Positions 1 to 12,150 of a stretch of 48,105 nt of DNA are shown piece by piece. Within the stretch, counting starts at the first letter, position 1; each line of letters begins with the position of its first letter. A program made the translations under genes and the position numbers. This stretch comes from Chiloscyllium plagiosum (Eukaryota). The stretch lies in assembly GCF_004010195.1 (NCBI RefSeq), contig NC_057711.1, positions 80,078,566 through 80,126,670 on the forward strand, read 5' to 3'. The notes beneath the pieces were generated by a model, which saw nothing but the letters and a program-made list of their open reading frames with translations, did not search any database and was not told the origin of the DNA.

Positions 1-429
1 ACCTCTATTATGTCAAGGATTTCAAGGTAAAACAGCAAAACTATCAGCATGTTAATATGATAGAAATTGGTGAGTTTTAAAAAATTTAACCTATTTTTGT
101 AAACAACCTGTCCGTAATGTAATTACACACCTTGGGAAGCAAGTGGGATTTGAACCTAGGCCTCCCAGTCACTACCATTGCAACACAAGAGGCCCCCTGA
201 GTGAGCATTTATTTCTGGAAACAAAAATTCATTCAGTGTTTTGCTAAGACTTGAGCTGATGATTAATTATTACGTTAACATTCATTGCAGTGTTACTGAG
301 ATTGCCCAATAAAGTTTGCCAACAATACTAAACTGCTTGGATTCATTATAGGTAGTTGGTGAACAGCATTCCAATTGCTTGTCTGTGTGTGCTAATTCCA
401 CATTGCCAAAATATTATTGATGAAACAAT

Positions 430-540
430 TGGACCCGAAATGATTTCTCTCCACAGATGCTGCCAGACCTGCTGAACTTTTGCAGCATTTTTAGGTTTTG
501 TTTTTCATTTCCAGCACCCACGGCTTTTTTTTGTTTTTAT
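430..540 (+). mobile_element. Penelope-like element 3' end fragment (family D), degenerate
   Basis: GGACCCGAAATG..TCTCTCCACAGATGCTGCCAGACCTGCTGAACTTT..TTCCAGCA matches the tail that follows the GIY-YIG remnant at 44900-45030. Confidence 0.7.
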
Positions 541-1056
541 TATTGATGAATATTGACATTTCAGTGTATATGTATTTCATTCTTGAGCTCTCAATGCATA
601 ACTGCCTTTTCACAAACATAATCAATTCTTCAGCCAGCTAAACAGATTTAAAATCATATGTTTCAGTGCATCCTCTTAAATCTATGGAATAATTTAAATA
701 TTTTTCAAAGTTGTGCGAAGTTTAATGAATGTTTTGAGGAATGTCTATGACAGACAAAGCCTTTGCGGAAACCTAATTCTCCTGACCCTAACCTTTGAAT
801 GAAATACAAAATAAATATTTAGAAATCAAAGGCAATAAAGGAACATATTTTTGCACGGGATGTCCTGCTTACCCTTATAAGTAACCATACTGTCTCAGAA
901 ATACCTTTATACCCTCAGTTTCTGCAGCTCTGCTGTTATGAAAGTGGAGTGTAGAAACCTACAAGAAAATTTAGTCACAGAATATACTAGAGAACTCAGC
1001 CACACATTACATCATGTTCTATTCTAAAGTTAATGAGTATTTCTGAAAAAAAAGTC

Positions 1057-1440
1057 ACAATTTGTCAAAGCCTTCTATTTTATCCTCATCAGGACAGTTA
1101 GGAAGAATTACCAATAAAAGGGAAAACCAACATTGATATGGCATGAAAGGAGAGTGCTGATTGGTTAGCAAGTGGCAATAAATGAACCAGCTCCTGGCTG
1201 TCACCCAGTTTGTCAAGATGAAACAGGCACAGTGCATGTACATGTGGTTCATTTGATGCACTTGCTATCACAGTCCTGACCAATCTGAGTCAACTGATCT
1301 GATTTAAAATCTAAATAAACCTTGGTAGTTAATTGTCATTTATCATTCACTGCAGTACTCTCCATTGCACAGCATCTACCAATCAGAGTCAACTTGCCAA
1401 CCAATTACCACCCTCCTCTCATACAAATCATTGCTCCATT
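1057..1440 (-). mobile_element. Interspersed repeat with a degenerate hammerhead motif (putative PLE tail, family C)
   Basis: Minus strand reads TGTC-CTGATGA-GGATAAAATA-GAAGGCTTT-GACA (CTGATGA at 1092-1086). It is homologous to 13650-13885 and 14280-14450 and has an internal inverted segment (1150-1173 vs 1379-1424). Confidence 0.55.
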
Positions 1441-2265
1441 TTTGCCATCAGTACTGAACTCCACATAGCCAGGAGTTTGGCTTCAGCTTCCATCTAAAAT
1501 GTGAAGAATGCAATGTGATGGGTCTGTCGTTAGTGAGGGGAGGGATGGTGCTTTCAGGACCAGTGCAGTTTTGCTGAGAGGCTGGCAGGACACAAGTATG
1601 CTGAGGTTGATAGGAGATGTGGAAATCCTGGAGTGAGTGGGATGGAGTCAGTACCAGCAGAGAAAAAGGGTAGTGTTAGGTCTGGTGAGGGGTTTTGTCA
1701 GGTCTGGCAGTGGAATGGTGTTGAGTTTATAAATTTACAATGATGAGTCCTCCAACAACAATGATGTACCTTTTATATTTCTTATCCTCCCATTCTAGGG
1801 ATTACAGCTAGGGTGAAGTGCACCTGCCTAACAGTGCAGACCATTGGGCTTGGAGCTTTCGTGGGTGACGACAGGGACTTTCTGTCCACAGGGTCCAAAC
1901 ATGCTGAGTGTGTCCTGCCCAGAAAAAGAAGGTGCACCCTTCGGCAGGGCTAGGGGTGATAGGCAGGTGGAAGGACACATCTGAGTATTGTGAGAAGGGA
2001 TTCCCAGGGGGTTGGAAAGGGGGTCTACTTGCTGAGTCCTCTGGTTGGGTGCCTATTGGCACTACACTAACACCTTGTGAGGTAGCAGTACCTGGGATGA
2101 GCTCAAGATCCCTCATCTCTTGGCTGCCTTGACATGGGCAACAAACATCAACTGACTAGAGTGATGGACTACAGTTCTGTGTGTACATTCAGCAGCCTCT
2201 GACACCGCTCAACGTGACTCTTCATGGGAAGCACGAGCATGCCAATGGAGGTAGCCAGACACCCA

Positions 2266-2581
2266 CATAGAATCCCTACAGTGTGGAAACAGGCCATTCG
2301 GTCCAACAAGTCCACACCAACCCTCCAAAGAATATCCCACCCAGACCCATTCCTTTACTTTTCTCCTGATTCTTCCAACCAAACTACACATCCCTGAACA
2401 CAATAGACAACTTAGCATGGTAAATTTACCTAACATGCACATCTTTGGACTGTGGTAGGAAACCGACGCAGATACGGGGAAAATGTGTAAACTCCACACA
2501 GACAGTCACCCGAGGCTGGAATCGAACCCAGGTCTGTGGCACTGTGAGGCAGAAATGCTAACCACTAAGACACTGTGCTGC
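2266..2581 (-). mobile_element. HE1 SINE (tRNA head, V-domain, CR1-derived tail)
   Basis: Minus strand shows a tRNA-like head (AGTGGTTAGC..GGGTTCGATTCC), V-domain TGTGTGGAGTTTACACATT..GGTTTCCTACCACAGTCCAAAGATGTGC, and tail GGCCTGTTTCCACACTGTAGGGATTCTATG. Confidence 0.9.
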
Positions 2582-4059
2582 TACAGTACCACATGCCTGA
2601 GGAAGCAAAGTCCTAACCATTATGCAGGAATCCTGCAAATCCTGCAGCCTTTGTATCAGTTTTCCCAGTTTCTCTGACAAACCTACCCACTGCCCCATAT
2701 CTGCTTGCGTATAACATCACTAATTGCCAGCATCGTGGACTCCTCTCCTGCTTGGGGCTGAGTAGGTGCCCAATCACTGGCCGTTTCCTGAGAGCCAGCA
2801 ACCTGGGGCTTTACTCCTGCAACCAGTTGCAGAGATGTAGCAGCAGTGAGCTCACCAGCAGGTGCTTCCAACATGATTCTGGATAATATATTCATCAAGG
2901 TGTCAGTATCTGAGCCGGTGGAAGTACACAAGGCAACTTTGCTAGTGTTTCCTTTGAGGCATCAATGCTCTCTTCCTCAGAGGTGGAGTAGGGCATGTCC
3001 TTGTTGGCATCATAGAGAGTGAGATGTTGAATGCTGGGTGAACCACAACTTGTCCATTTTCTCCTGGAATGAGAGAAAGGGTCAGACTGAGTTAGATGAA
3101 AGTGGCTGGAGCTCTTAGGACTGGTTCAGGTCAGGAAAAAGTAACAAAGTCTTCTGAGTGAGTGAGTAGGCAGTGCAATGATCATGGACACAATGCTTAG
3201 TAGAATCGGGGAATTAATACATCCAAAAGTGAGGGTGGTAAAGTGTGAGCCTTGGTGGGAGCTGAATGAAGTAGTAGAGATAGCATGTGAGGTTGCAGAG
3301 AGAAAATGGTGGCACTTATCTTGGCAGAATAGATAATTGACCTTCTTCATCTTATTCACAGAATTATTACAGTACAGAATTGCGACATTGCGACAGCACC
3401 ATCCTCCTGAACATTTTAACTTAGCGCCAATGCTGCCTTTTCTCCTTGACCATGCATATTTTCATCTTTAAATAATTGCCTTACATCCTCTTGAATGCCT
3501 GAATCTCCATTATAATTGCTGGCAGTGCATTCCAAAACAGCAGTGACTCTGATCTAAAGAAGTAGGAAAGGGCAAATCAAAACTCAAGAAAGTTGTTGGA
3601 AAATTAACTGTTTTTAAATATCCAAAGGAGAGAAAGTCCCAATAAAAAAGATAAGAAAATACAAACCAATCAAATTACTCAAAATGCAACAATAACAATG
3701 ATTTGCAATTTTGTTAATAATTTGGATTTCTAGGAAAAAGTCAATAGACAGTAATAACAAGAGATACCCAATTAAATTGATACTCCCTGTTTTACAATAT
3801 CACTCCAAGTCAAAATTGCTCCCAAAGAATCAGTGAGATGGTTTTGGGAGAGAGAGAGAGCTCAAGACTAACAGGAAGAGAGAAACAGAAGCAATGTGAG
3901 ACAGATTGCACATTTGCAACAATTTTTGGAATAACATTATTGTATCTCATGATATTAAAGTAAAATTCTTTCAGTGTTTATGTGAGTATTCGAATAGAGA
4001 GAAAAGCTATTGTTTTGTCTAACCAATTCTTGCATCATTTAGTACCTATAAATTAAACT

Positions 4060-4384
4060 GGGTGGTATGGTGGCTCAGTGGTTAGCACTGCTGCCTCATG
4101 GTGCCAGGGACCCAAGTTTGATTCCACCCCTCAGGCAACTGTGTGGAGTTTGCACATTCTCTCCAGGTGCTCTGGTGTCCTCCAACAGACCAAAGAAGTG
4201 CCATTTAGGTAGGTCGGCCATGACAAATTGCCCATTGTGCCCAGGGATGTGCAGGCTAGGTGGATTAGCCATGAGGAATTCAGGGTTCCAGGGATAAGGT
4301 TGGTTTGGGCGGGATGCTCTTCAGAGGATTGGTGCGTCCCCAAGGGGCTGAATTACCTGCTTCCACACTGTCGGGATTCTATGA
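4060..4384 (+). mobile_element. HE1 SINE
   Basis: Head GGTGGCTCAGTGGTTAGCACTGCTGCCTCA, a partly deleted V-domain, and tail TTCCACACTGTCGGGATTCTATGA. Confidence 0.9.
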
Positions 4385-5869
4385 ATACTGAATGCAGACC
4401 AATGTGCACATACGGAATAGCAAGAAAATTACTCAGAAATCACTTTTCCCAAGTGGATGTCTCTCTGCTACTTATATTGATAAGCTGCCATGACCCTGTT
4501 AGTAGGGAGATGTCAGTAACTGAGGCTCTACCAGGCTGATTATTGACATGCCAAAAACAATCTTTTGTAGGTAAACTTTTATTTATATTTAGATTTTCTG
4601 TCCATTCTTCAGAACTAATTTTTAAAAATATATTGAGATGAAGCATGTGATTTTATAATGATAGTACAAGAAATTGTACTTAGCCATTATACTTAAAAGA
4701 TGAGATACAGACACAAGTGTTGGTTGAGATCTCAAAAACATAAGAATCTGAGGTCATTTTTGAGTTGACTTGAGAATCTTAATGCTCCTTTGTTTACTTT
4801 TATCCAGATTGTATGACAACCTCTACACTCACGCATCACAAATTAACCACAAAGGACAATTATAGTTGCGTGTCATGCGACGTTGATTATGTTTTATCCT
4901 TAAAGGTACTGATCTGACTGTAACTGTGACTTAACCTCCCTTAACCTGACGACAATAAGCGCAATTCCCAACTTTGCAGTTTGAGATTCTAGTCTTTCTC
5001 TGACAGGCGGTTTCGATAAATAAGGCTCCAAAATCTCCCTTGTAATTAATGGAATTTTTCTCTCTTTGGTACCAAAAGTGCATTTCTACCTGGTTTATAT
5101 CTGTGCCACTAATGTTATTAACCCTTTCAAAACAGTTTATCTTATGAACTTCTCATTAATATTGTGTTATGATGTTTTTCTGTCTTCTAAGAATGGTTTT
5201 GTGCCATGGTGGTCAACATTGCCTGGTATTACTCAGGAGCTCCACTCAGAACATGGCAGTCACTGGGCCATTTCCACTACCCTCACTGCTGGCTGGTTGA
5301 GACCACACTTACCTGGATGACAACCTTAGAACAGGCTGGTATTGTCTGCTGTCATGACCTTATCTGCTGGTTCTGTGGGAAAAGACAGCCCTCCTCTAAA
5401 CCACTCCATCCTCAAGGTCCTATCCGCAAAGTGGGGTGCCGACTTACCCTTATCTGCCACCTTCAAAAGAATTCACAGGGACTGTGAAGAGCAGCTCTGG
5501 ACTTTCAGAACTTCACTGGGTGTCTAAAGGCATTTTAAAGATGGCATCGGTGCCAGGAATCCTGGGGGATCCTGGCAGTTGCCTGCAGAGATTGGGAGAA
5601 TCAAGTGACCTGGGTGTTATAGGGCTGGAGCACATGGTGAATGAAGTAAGTTTGGGACAATAGAATGTGAGATACTCATCAGGCCTTCTGGAAAGAAGCA
5701 CCTTTCAAACGTGACAAAAAAATGGAACTTAGCCAATTTCTGTTAAGATCCAGTCCTAGGGTTTCAATGTTCTAACTTTTTCAGGATGACGGTTAACTTA
5801 GTGGAAGCAGAACCTCCCAAATTCTTCACCTTTGGTTGATTATTTCAGAGCACGTACTTTTGCGGCAAT

Positions 5870-6290
5870 ACCTGTGACAGCGTCTGACCTGTTCTTGTAG
5901 CCACAGTGTATATATGGCTGGTTTAGTTCAGTTTATGTGCAATGACAACCAACAGGATGTTGATAATTAGGATTTAGTTGCTACTACTAAATGTCAAGGG
6001 AGATGATTGGATTCTCCATTGTTGTAAATAGTCATTGTGGTGTGCACGTGTGGTGTCAATGATACTTGTCACTTATCAGACCAACCTGAATATTTTCTTG
6101 ATCTTGCTGCAATCAGATATGGACTGTTTCAGAATCTAAGGAGCAGTGCATGGTCGTGAACATTGTGTAATCTTCAGTGAACATTCTCACTGCTGACCAT
6201 ATGATGGAGGCAAAGTTATTGCTAAAACTGTACCTTTTTCCTTGATCTGAAGTGATTAACTTGCAAAACCAAAACCAACTTTCCCATGTA
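5870..6290 (-). mobile_element. Old non-LTR retrotransposon RT fragment (CR1 group)
   Basis: Minus strand resembles the RT segment MF(A)DD..QQDLDNIQAWADKWQV.F..HKC..M.IS. Homologous copies lie at 35400-35850 and 40115-40220. Confidence 0.6.
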
Positions 6291-7629
6291 TGTAGGTGGA
6301 TAAAATGACATTAGAGGTCATAGTAGATAACAGGAGGGGACTTTTGTCAACTGTCACTACTGTGACCACAACAGAGAGTGTGTGGAGGACTGGGTTGGGC
6401 ATCATTAAGGTGTAATGTCAAGGCTTAGGGGGCAGGAAGGACAGGTGTGGGCAAAGTTCATTGTGATGGGTCTCTGCATGGAGTGCGGGCAGTGAGTGTA
6501 TGGAAATGGACTGTTGGTACAGTGTGAGGTAAAATGTGACTTGGAGGCACTGGGTGATCATGGTGCCACCACATCCCCACCATCATGTGCCATTTTTTAG
6601 GTATGAAATGCAATGAGAAAGTGGCTGGAACAATGACTAGGGTGGGATCAAGATGTACTGGGTGCTGGATCATTGAAGAGGTGAATACATGAAGCAGGTA
6701 TTTTCAGACCCCAGCTCGAATTTATTTGCAATAATTTCATCAACAATTTGCAATATTTGCAGAGTGAGGTGTTTGGGGTTCAAATGATGGTCAACAGCAA
6801 TTTGAGCCATGCCACTGTTCCCTGCAAATTGAACATTTGTATTTCAATGATGCAAAGTTCGCAACAATGACAAAAAAGGCAAATACTGACCAGAAGTGAC
6901 CTATAATCTTTGAAATTTGCAAGAAGGCTGTGGGAGGTGGAAATAACTACTATAATGTTTTCATGTACTTTTAAGAATGGTGTCTATTGAATATAATGGA
7001 AAGTTGATTGATTGTTGCAGACAAGGGTACTGCATCTCTCACTGCATGGAAGAGCGTGTGCATCTGTCATCCGCACAGCATGCCATCACTGATTATTCTC
7101 AGAGCTAAGATCCTTATGTTCCCAACATAGGTCATTGCCAGCAAACGTCATATGCCCAGTTGTTGGATGTTGGTTAATGAGGCTCCTTTCGTAAGAAGAC
7201 AATGGCAGATCAAGGAGAACCAGGACTGATGGCAAGCCCTGGAATGTAAACAAGCCATCATCAAAGCCAAGGAGCATCCAGTTCAGGCAGACATTGCAGT
7301 GTGGAATCAAGAGAACAACACAGGTCTTCACCCCTGATTACACTTCCTGGGACTGAGCTAAACTGCATTACCAACACCTTGTCTAGGTGCAGAGCAGTCT
7401 TTTAAGTGCACAAGAGATGCTAGTCTTTTGGTGGATATCCGCTGAGTGGTGAGTTGTTCGCCTGTGGTATGATGCGGAAAGCATCAGAGCTGAGAGGGAC
7501 AACACAGGCCGGTGTGGCTAATTAATGAGGTGAGTTTGGTGAGATATGGTGGGAAATCTCACCAAGCCTCATTGTGAACACATCCAAGAAACCTGATGTA
7601 ATTTGGATTTAGCCAAATAAATAAAACAT

Positions 7630-7710
7630 TCAGACCAATATGTTAATTCTGTTTCTCTTTCCTCAGATACCACCAGACCATCCACATCTTCCAGTGATTT
7701 CTGTTTACGT
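7630..7710 (+). mobile_element. Degenerate PLE tail fragment (family D)
   Basis: TGTTAATTCTGTTTCTCTTTCCTCAGATACCACCAGACC..TTCCAGTGATTTCTGTTT resembles 44930-45000. Confidence 0.45.
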
Positions 7711-7729
7711 AGCAACATAATAATTATTT

Positions 7730-8619
7730 TCATCATTCTTGACCAGTCTGCAACATGTTACAATAATACAAACAACCATCTTCCTCCAACACATTTACCA
7801 TTCAGCTCTATGGATCTGAACTCACCTGATTCCATTCTTATCTAACAGTCATAGCAAGGTATTCATCTACAATACTTTCCCTTCCTGCTCCCACACTGGG
7901 AACATCTGGTGTCCTCCAAAGATCTATCTTTTGTTTCCCCCTATGTTTCTCATATATATGTTGCCACTCAGCATTATCTGAAAATATAGTGTCAATATCC
8001 AAACATATGCTGGCACCTAGCTCTACCTCACCACTGATTTTAAATTGAGACATTGTCAAAAATCATGCAGAATGCAGGATGTGCAGACATTTTCTCTATC
8101 TAAATCTTGGGTTAATATGCATGACAAACTCTGTTCCCTCCATGGCAAATTAATCTCTCTTTCTCTCTTTCGCTCTCTTTGTCTCTCTCTATCCCTCTCT
8201 CCCAGGTTGACGTTTGGGACAGTTCACAATCATGGCACTGAATGTGAAACTAAAATGAACCTCCAGATTACATTACACACCATCGACAAGACTAGCTGTT
8301 TACATTTCCAGATGCGATGTCTCTAGATCAGATCCTGCTGCTGTATCCCTCATCCATTTTCACTTCTAGACTTGTCTATCCCAGTTGCCTTTTGGCTGGT
8401 TTTCCTCCGATATTTCATCTTTCATTCATCTTGGCTCATCAAATTTATGCTGCTCAATCACTAACTTAGACAAAGCCTTTTTCACTGATCACCTTTTTGT
8501 TGCTGAACTTCATTGACTGCAGGTCCAAGATTGTTTCAATTTTTAGCTTCTCATCCTTCATTTCCAGTCCTTCCATGGTCCTATCACTCCCCATTTCAGT
8601 AGCAGTCTTTAGCCCTTCA
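7730..8619 (+). mobile_element. L2-type LINE ORF2 remnant, 5' piece, interrupted by CR1
   Basis: Degenerate GVPQGSIL.P..FLIYMLPL and YA..T.LYL RT motifs at about 7905-8030, and an SRL.Y..ALLAG-like motif at about 8365-8400. Confidence 0.65.
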
Positions 8620-8718
8620 TTAGAACATAGAACATAGAAAAATACAGCACAGAACAGGCCCTTTGGCCCACGATGTTGTGCCAAGATTTAATCCTAATGT
8701 AAAATATAGTAACTTAAC

Positions 8719-10990
8719 CTACGCACCCCTCAACTCACTGCTATCCATGTGCATGTCCAGCAGTCGCTTAAATGTCCCCAATGACTCTGCTTCCACCACC
8801 ACAGCTGGCAACGCATTCCATGCATTCACAACTCACGGCATAAAAAACCTACCTCTGACATCTCCTTTATACCTTCTTCCTAATATTTTCAAACTATGAC
8901 TTCTCATACCAGTCAATGCTGCCCAGGGGAAAAGTTTCTGCCTATTGACTCTATCCATTCATCTTATTATTTTGTACACCTTGAGCAGGTCTCCTCTCTT
9001 CCTCCTTCTCTCCAGAGAGAAAAGTCCAAGCTTATTCAACCTTTCTTCAAAAGGCAAGCTCTCCAGTCCTGGCAGCATCCTGGTAAACCTTCTTTGCACC
9101 CTCTCCAAAGCCTCTGTGTCTTTCCTATAGTAGGGAGACCAGAACTGGACACAATCTTCCAAGTGTGGTCTCACCAGGGACTTGTAGAGCTGTAGCAAAA
9201 CCTCATGGCTCTTAAACGCAATCCCCCTGTTAATGAAAGCCAAAACACCATATGCTTTCTTAACAACCTTATCCAATTGGGTGGCAACTTTGAGGGATCT
9301 ATGTACTTGCACACCCAGATCCCTCTGTTCCTCCACACTGCCAAGAATCCTGTCTTTAATCGTATATTCAGCATTTCAGAATCGACCTTCCAAAATGCAT
9401 CACTTTGCATTTATCCAGGTTGAACTCCATCTGCCATTTCTCAGCCCAGCTCTGCATCCTGTCTATGTCGCACTGCAGCCTGCAGTAACCCTCTATACTA
9501 TCAATGACACCTCCAACCTTTGTGTCATCTGCAAATTTACTAACCCACCCCTCAACCTCCTCATCCAAGTAATTTATAAAATCTACAAAGAGCAGAGGCC
9601 AAAAAAAAGAGTCCTGTGGGACCCCACTCAACACTGTCCTTTAGGCAGAATACATTCCATCTACAACCACTCTCTGCCTTCTGTCAGCCAGCCAATTCTG
9701 AATCCAGATAACCAAATCTCCCTGTATCCCATACTTTCTGACTTTATGAATGAGCCTACCATGGGGAACCCTATCAGATGCCTTGCTGAAGTCCATATAC
9801 ATCACATCCACTGCTTGACCATCGTTGATTTGTCTTGACACCTCCTCAAAGAACTCAGTAAGATTTGTGAGGCATGACCTGCCTCTCTCAAAGCCATGCT
9901 GACTGCCTTTCTCCCTAATCCATCTTGCCAAGCCTTTTTCGTGTCCCCTTCTGGCTCTCCTCAATCCATTTCTGGTCTCCTTTCTAGCAAGCCTGTAATC
10001 CTCTAAAGCTGTGTTAAATCCTTGCTTCCTCCACCTTATGTAAGCTGCCTTCTTCCTTTTGACAAGAAGTTCCTCTGTTCTCGTCATCCAAGATTCCTTA
10101 ACCTTAACCCTTCTTACCTGTCTCAGAGGAACAAATTTGTGCATCACTCGCAACAACTGCTCCTTACATAGTCTCCACTGGTCTGCTGTGCCCTTTCTGA
10201 GGAACAATTGCTCCCAGTCTGTACTTCCCAACTCCTGTCTGATAGCATCATAACTTCCTTTTCCCCAATTAAATATCTTCCCTCGGTAACTGCTCCTTTC
10301 ACTCTCCAAGGCTATGCTAAATGTGAGGCAGTTGTGATCACTTTCACCAAACTGCTCTCCCACCGCGAGATCTGACACCTGTCCTGGCTCGTTGCCGAGA
10401 ACCAAATCCGAAATGGCCTCTCCCCTCGTCGGTCTGTCTACATACTGAGTAAGGAAACCCTCCTGAACACACCTGACAAAAACGGCTCTATCCAAACCAT
10501 CTGCACTTAGGAGGTTCCAGTCGATATTGGGAAAGTTGAAATCACTCATAACAACAAACCTGCTACTTCTGCATTTTTCAAGAATCTGCCCGCCTATGAG
10601 TTCTTCGATCTCTCTACTGCTATTAGGTGGTCTGTAGAAAACTCCCAATGTGGTGGCTGTTCCCTTGCTGTTCCTAACTTCCACCCATACTGACTCAGTA
10701 GACAAATCTTCGTTTCTGTAGCTGTGATGCACTCTCTGATTAGCAATGCTACATCCCCTCCTCTTTTTCCACCCTCCCTGTTCTTTTTAAACGTTCTAAA
10801 CCCTGGATATCAAGCAACCATTCCTGCCCCTGTGAAACTCACGTCTCCGTTATGGCCACAATATCATAGCCCCAAGTACTGATCCATGCTCTAAGTTCGT
10901 CACTCTTATTTTGGACACTCCTTGCATTAAAGCAGACATACTTTAACCGATCCCTTTGTTTCATCGCGTGAGAAACCTCCCTGATAGATT
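8719..10990 (-). pseudogene. CR1 ORF2 (APE endonuclease + reverse transcriptase), disrupted
   Basis: Motifs FNARSVQNKSDEL..DIVAITET, GVFYRPPNS, SDFNFPNIDW, SDHN, QHGF..GRSCLTNL, YMDFSKA, GVPQ, FADDTK and LVRPHLE.CVQFWSPY are spread over ORFs 10839-11237, 9641-10732, 9368-9634 and 8959-9336, with stops and frameshifts. Confidence 0.93.
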
Positions 10991-11068
10991 CAATATATTC
11001 TGTCACTGTTCCGTCTGCAACTGACCCCCTCTCAGACATGTGGCTCTTATTCCCACACCCCTGCCAAA

Positions 11069-11983
11069 CTAGTTTAAACCCTCCCGAATCACACAAGCAA
11101 ATCTCCCACCCAGGACATTTGTGCCCCTCCAGTTCAGGTGCAACCTGTCCTTCATGTACGGGTCCCACCTTCCCCAGAAGGTATCCCAATGGTCTAGATA
11201 TCTGAAGCCCTCCCTCCTGCACCAGCCTCACAGCCACGTGTTAAGCTGCATTCGCTGACTGTTACTCATCTCACTATCTCGTGGCACCGGTATCAAACCT
11301 GAGATCACTACACTGTTCGTCCTGCTCTTCAGCTTCCAACCTAACTCTCTGTAGCCACTTTTCAGATCCTCAATCCCTTTCCTGGCTATATCATTGGTGC
11401 CAATATTTACCACAATTTCTGGCTGCTCAACCTCCCCCTTCAGAATCTTGTAAACCCGATCGGCGACATCCCGGACCCTGGCACCAGGGAGGCAACATAC
11501 CTTCCGGGAGTCCCGTTCCTGACACAAAAACTCCTGTCAATCCATCCAACTATTGAGTCCCCTACCACTAGCGCTTTTCTATTTTCCCCCCTTCCCTTCT
11601 GAGCCACAGTGCCAGGCTCAGTGCCAGTGACCTGACAACTATGGCTTTCCCCTGGTAGGCCGTTCACACCAGTAGTATCCAAAATGGTATACTTATTGCT
11701 GAGGGGAATGGCCACTGGGGTTCCCTTTCCTCCCCTTGACAGTTACCCAGCTGTCCTTATCCTGTGTCCGGGGCATGACCACCTCCCCGTACATCCTCTC
11801 ACTTTCCCCCTTAGCCTCTCGGATGATCCGTAGTTCATCCAGCTCCAACTCCAATTCCTTAACTTGGTTTTCGAGGAGCTGGAGTTGGGTGCATTTCCCG
11901 CAGATGTAGTCGGCAGAGACATGTGAAGTGTCTCTCACCTGCCACATTCTGCAGGAGGAACATGCAACTGCCCTAACATCCAT
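11069..11983 (-). pseudogene. CR1 ORF1 (zinc finger/coiled coil + SGNH esterase), frameshifted
   Basis: CSSC..CGKC zinc ligands, leucine heptads QLLENQVKELELELDEL, and SGNH blocks VVGDSIV, CCLPGARV, VNIGTND. The C-terminal DxxH region is degenerate. Confidence 0.9.
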
Positions 11984-12150
11984 ATCCTGCTACTCTGTAA
12001 GCCCGCACAGAACTAAACAAAGGAAGAGAAGAAAAAAATAGAAACCTGAAAACTTACCTAGTTTACAGATGCTTAGTAAGGTTAGAGGAGGTGGGTGCGA
12101 GGGAGGCCCTACGGTGTAGGGTCTCGGGTTTAGATCTCGCCCACTTAAAA

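Noticed and set aside
130..195. GGGATTTGAACCTAGG B-box-like fragment
   Set aside because: It is probably a SINE head remnant but too short and degraded to call.
8615..8625. TSD for the long CR1
   Set aside because: No matching direct repeat was found at the 12286 end.
9233..9838. 201-aa plus-strand ORF
   Set aside because: It is the antisense shadow of CR1 RT, with no independent protein motif.
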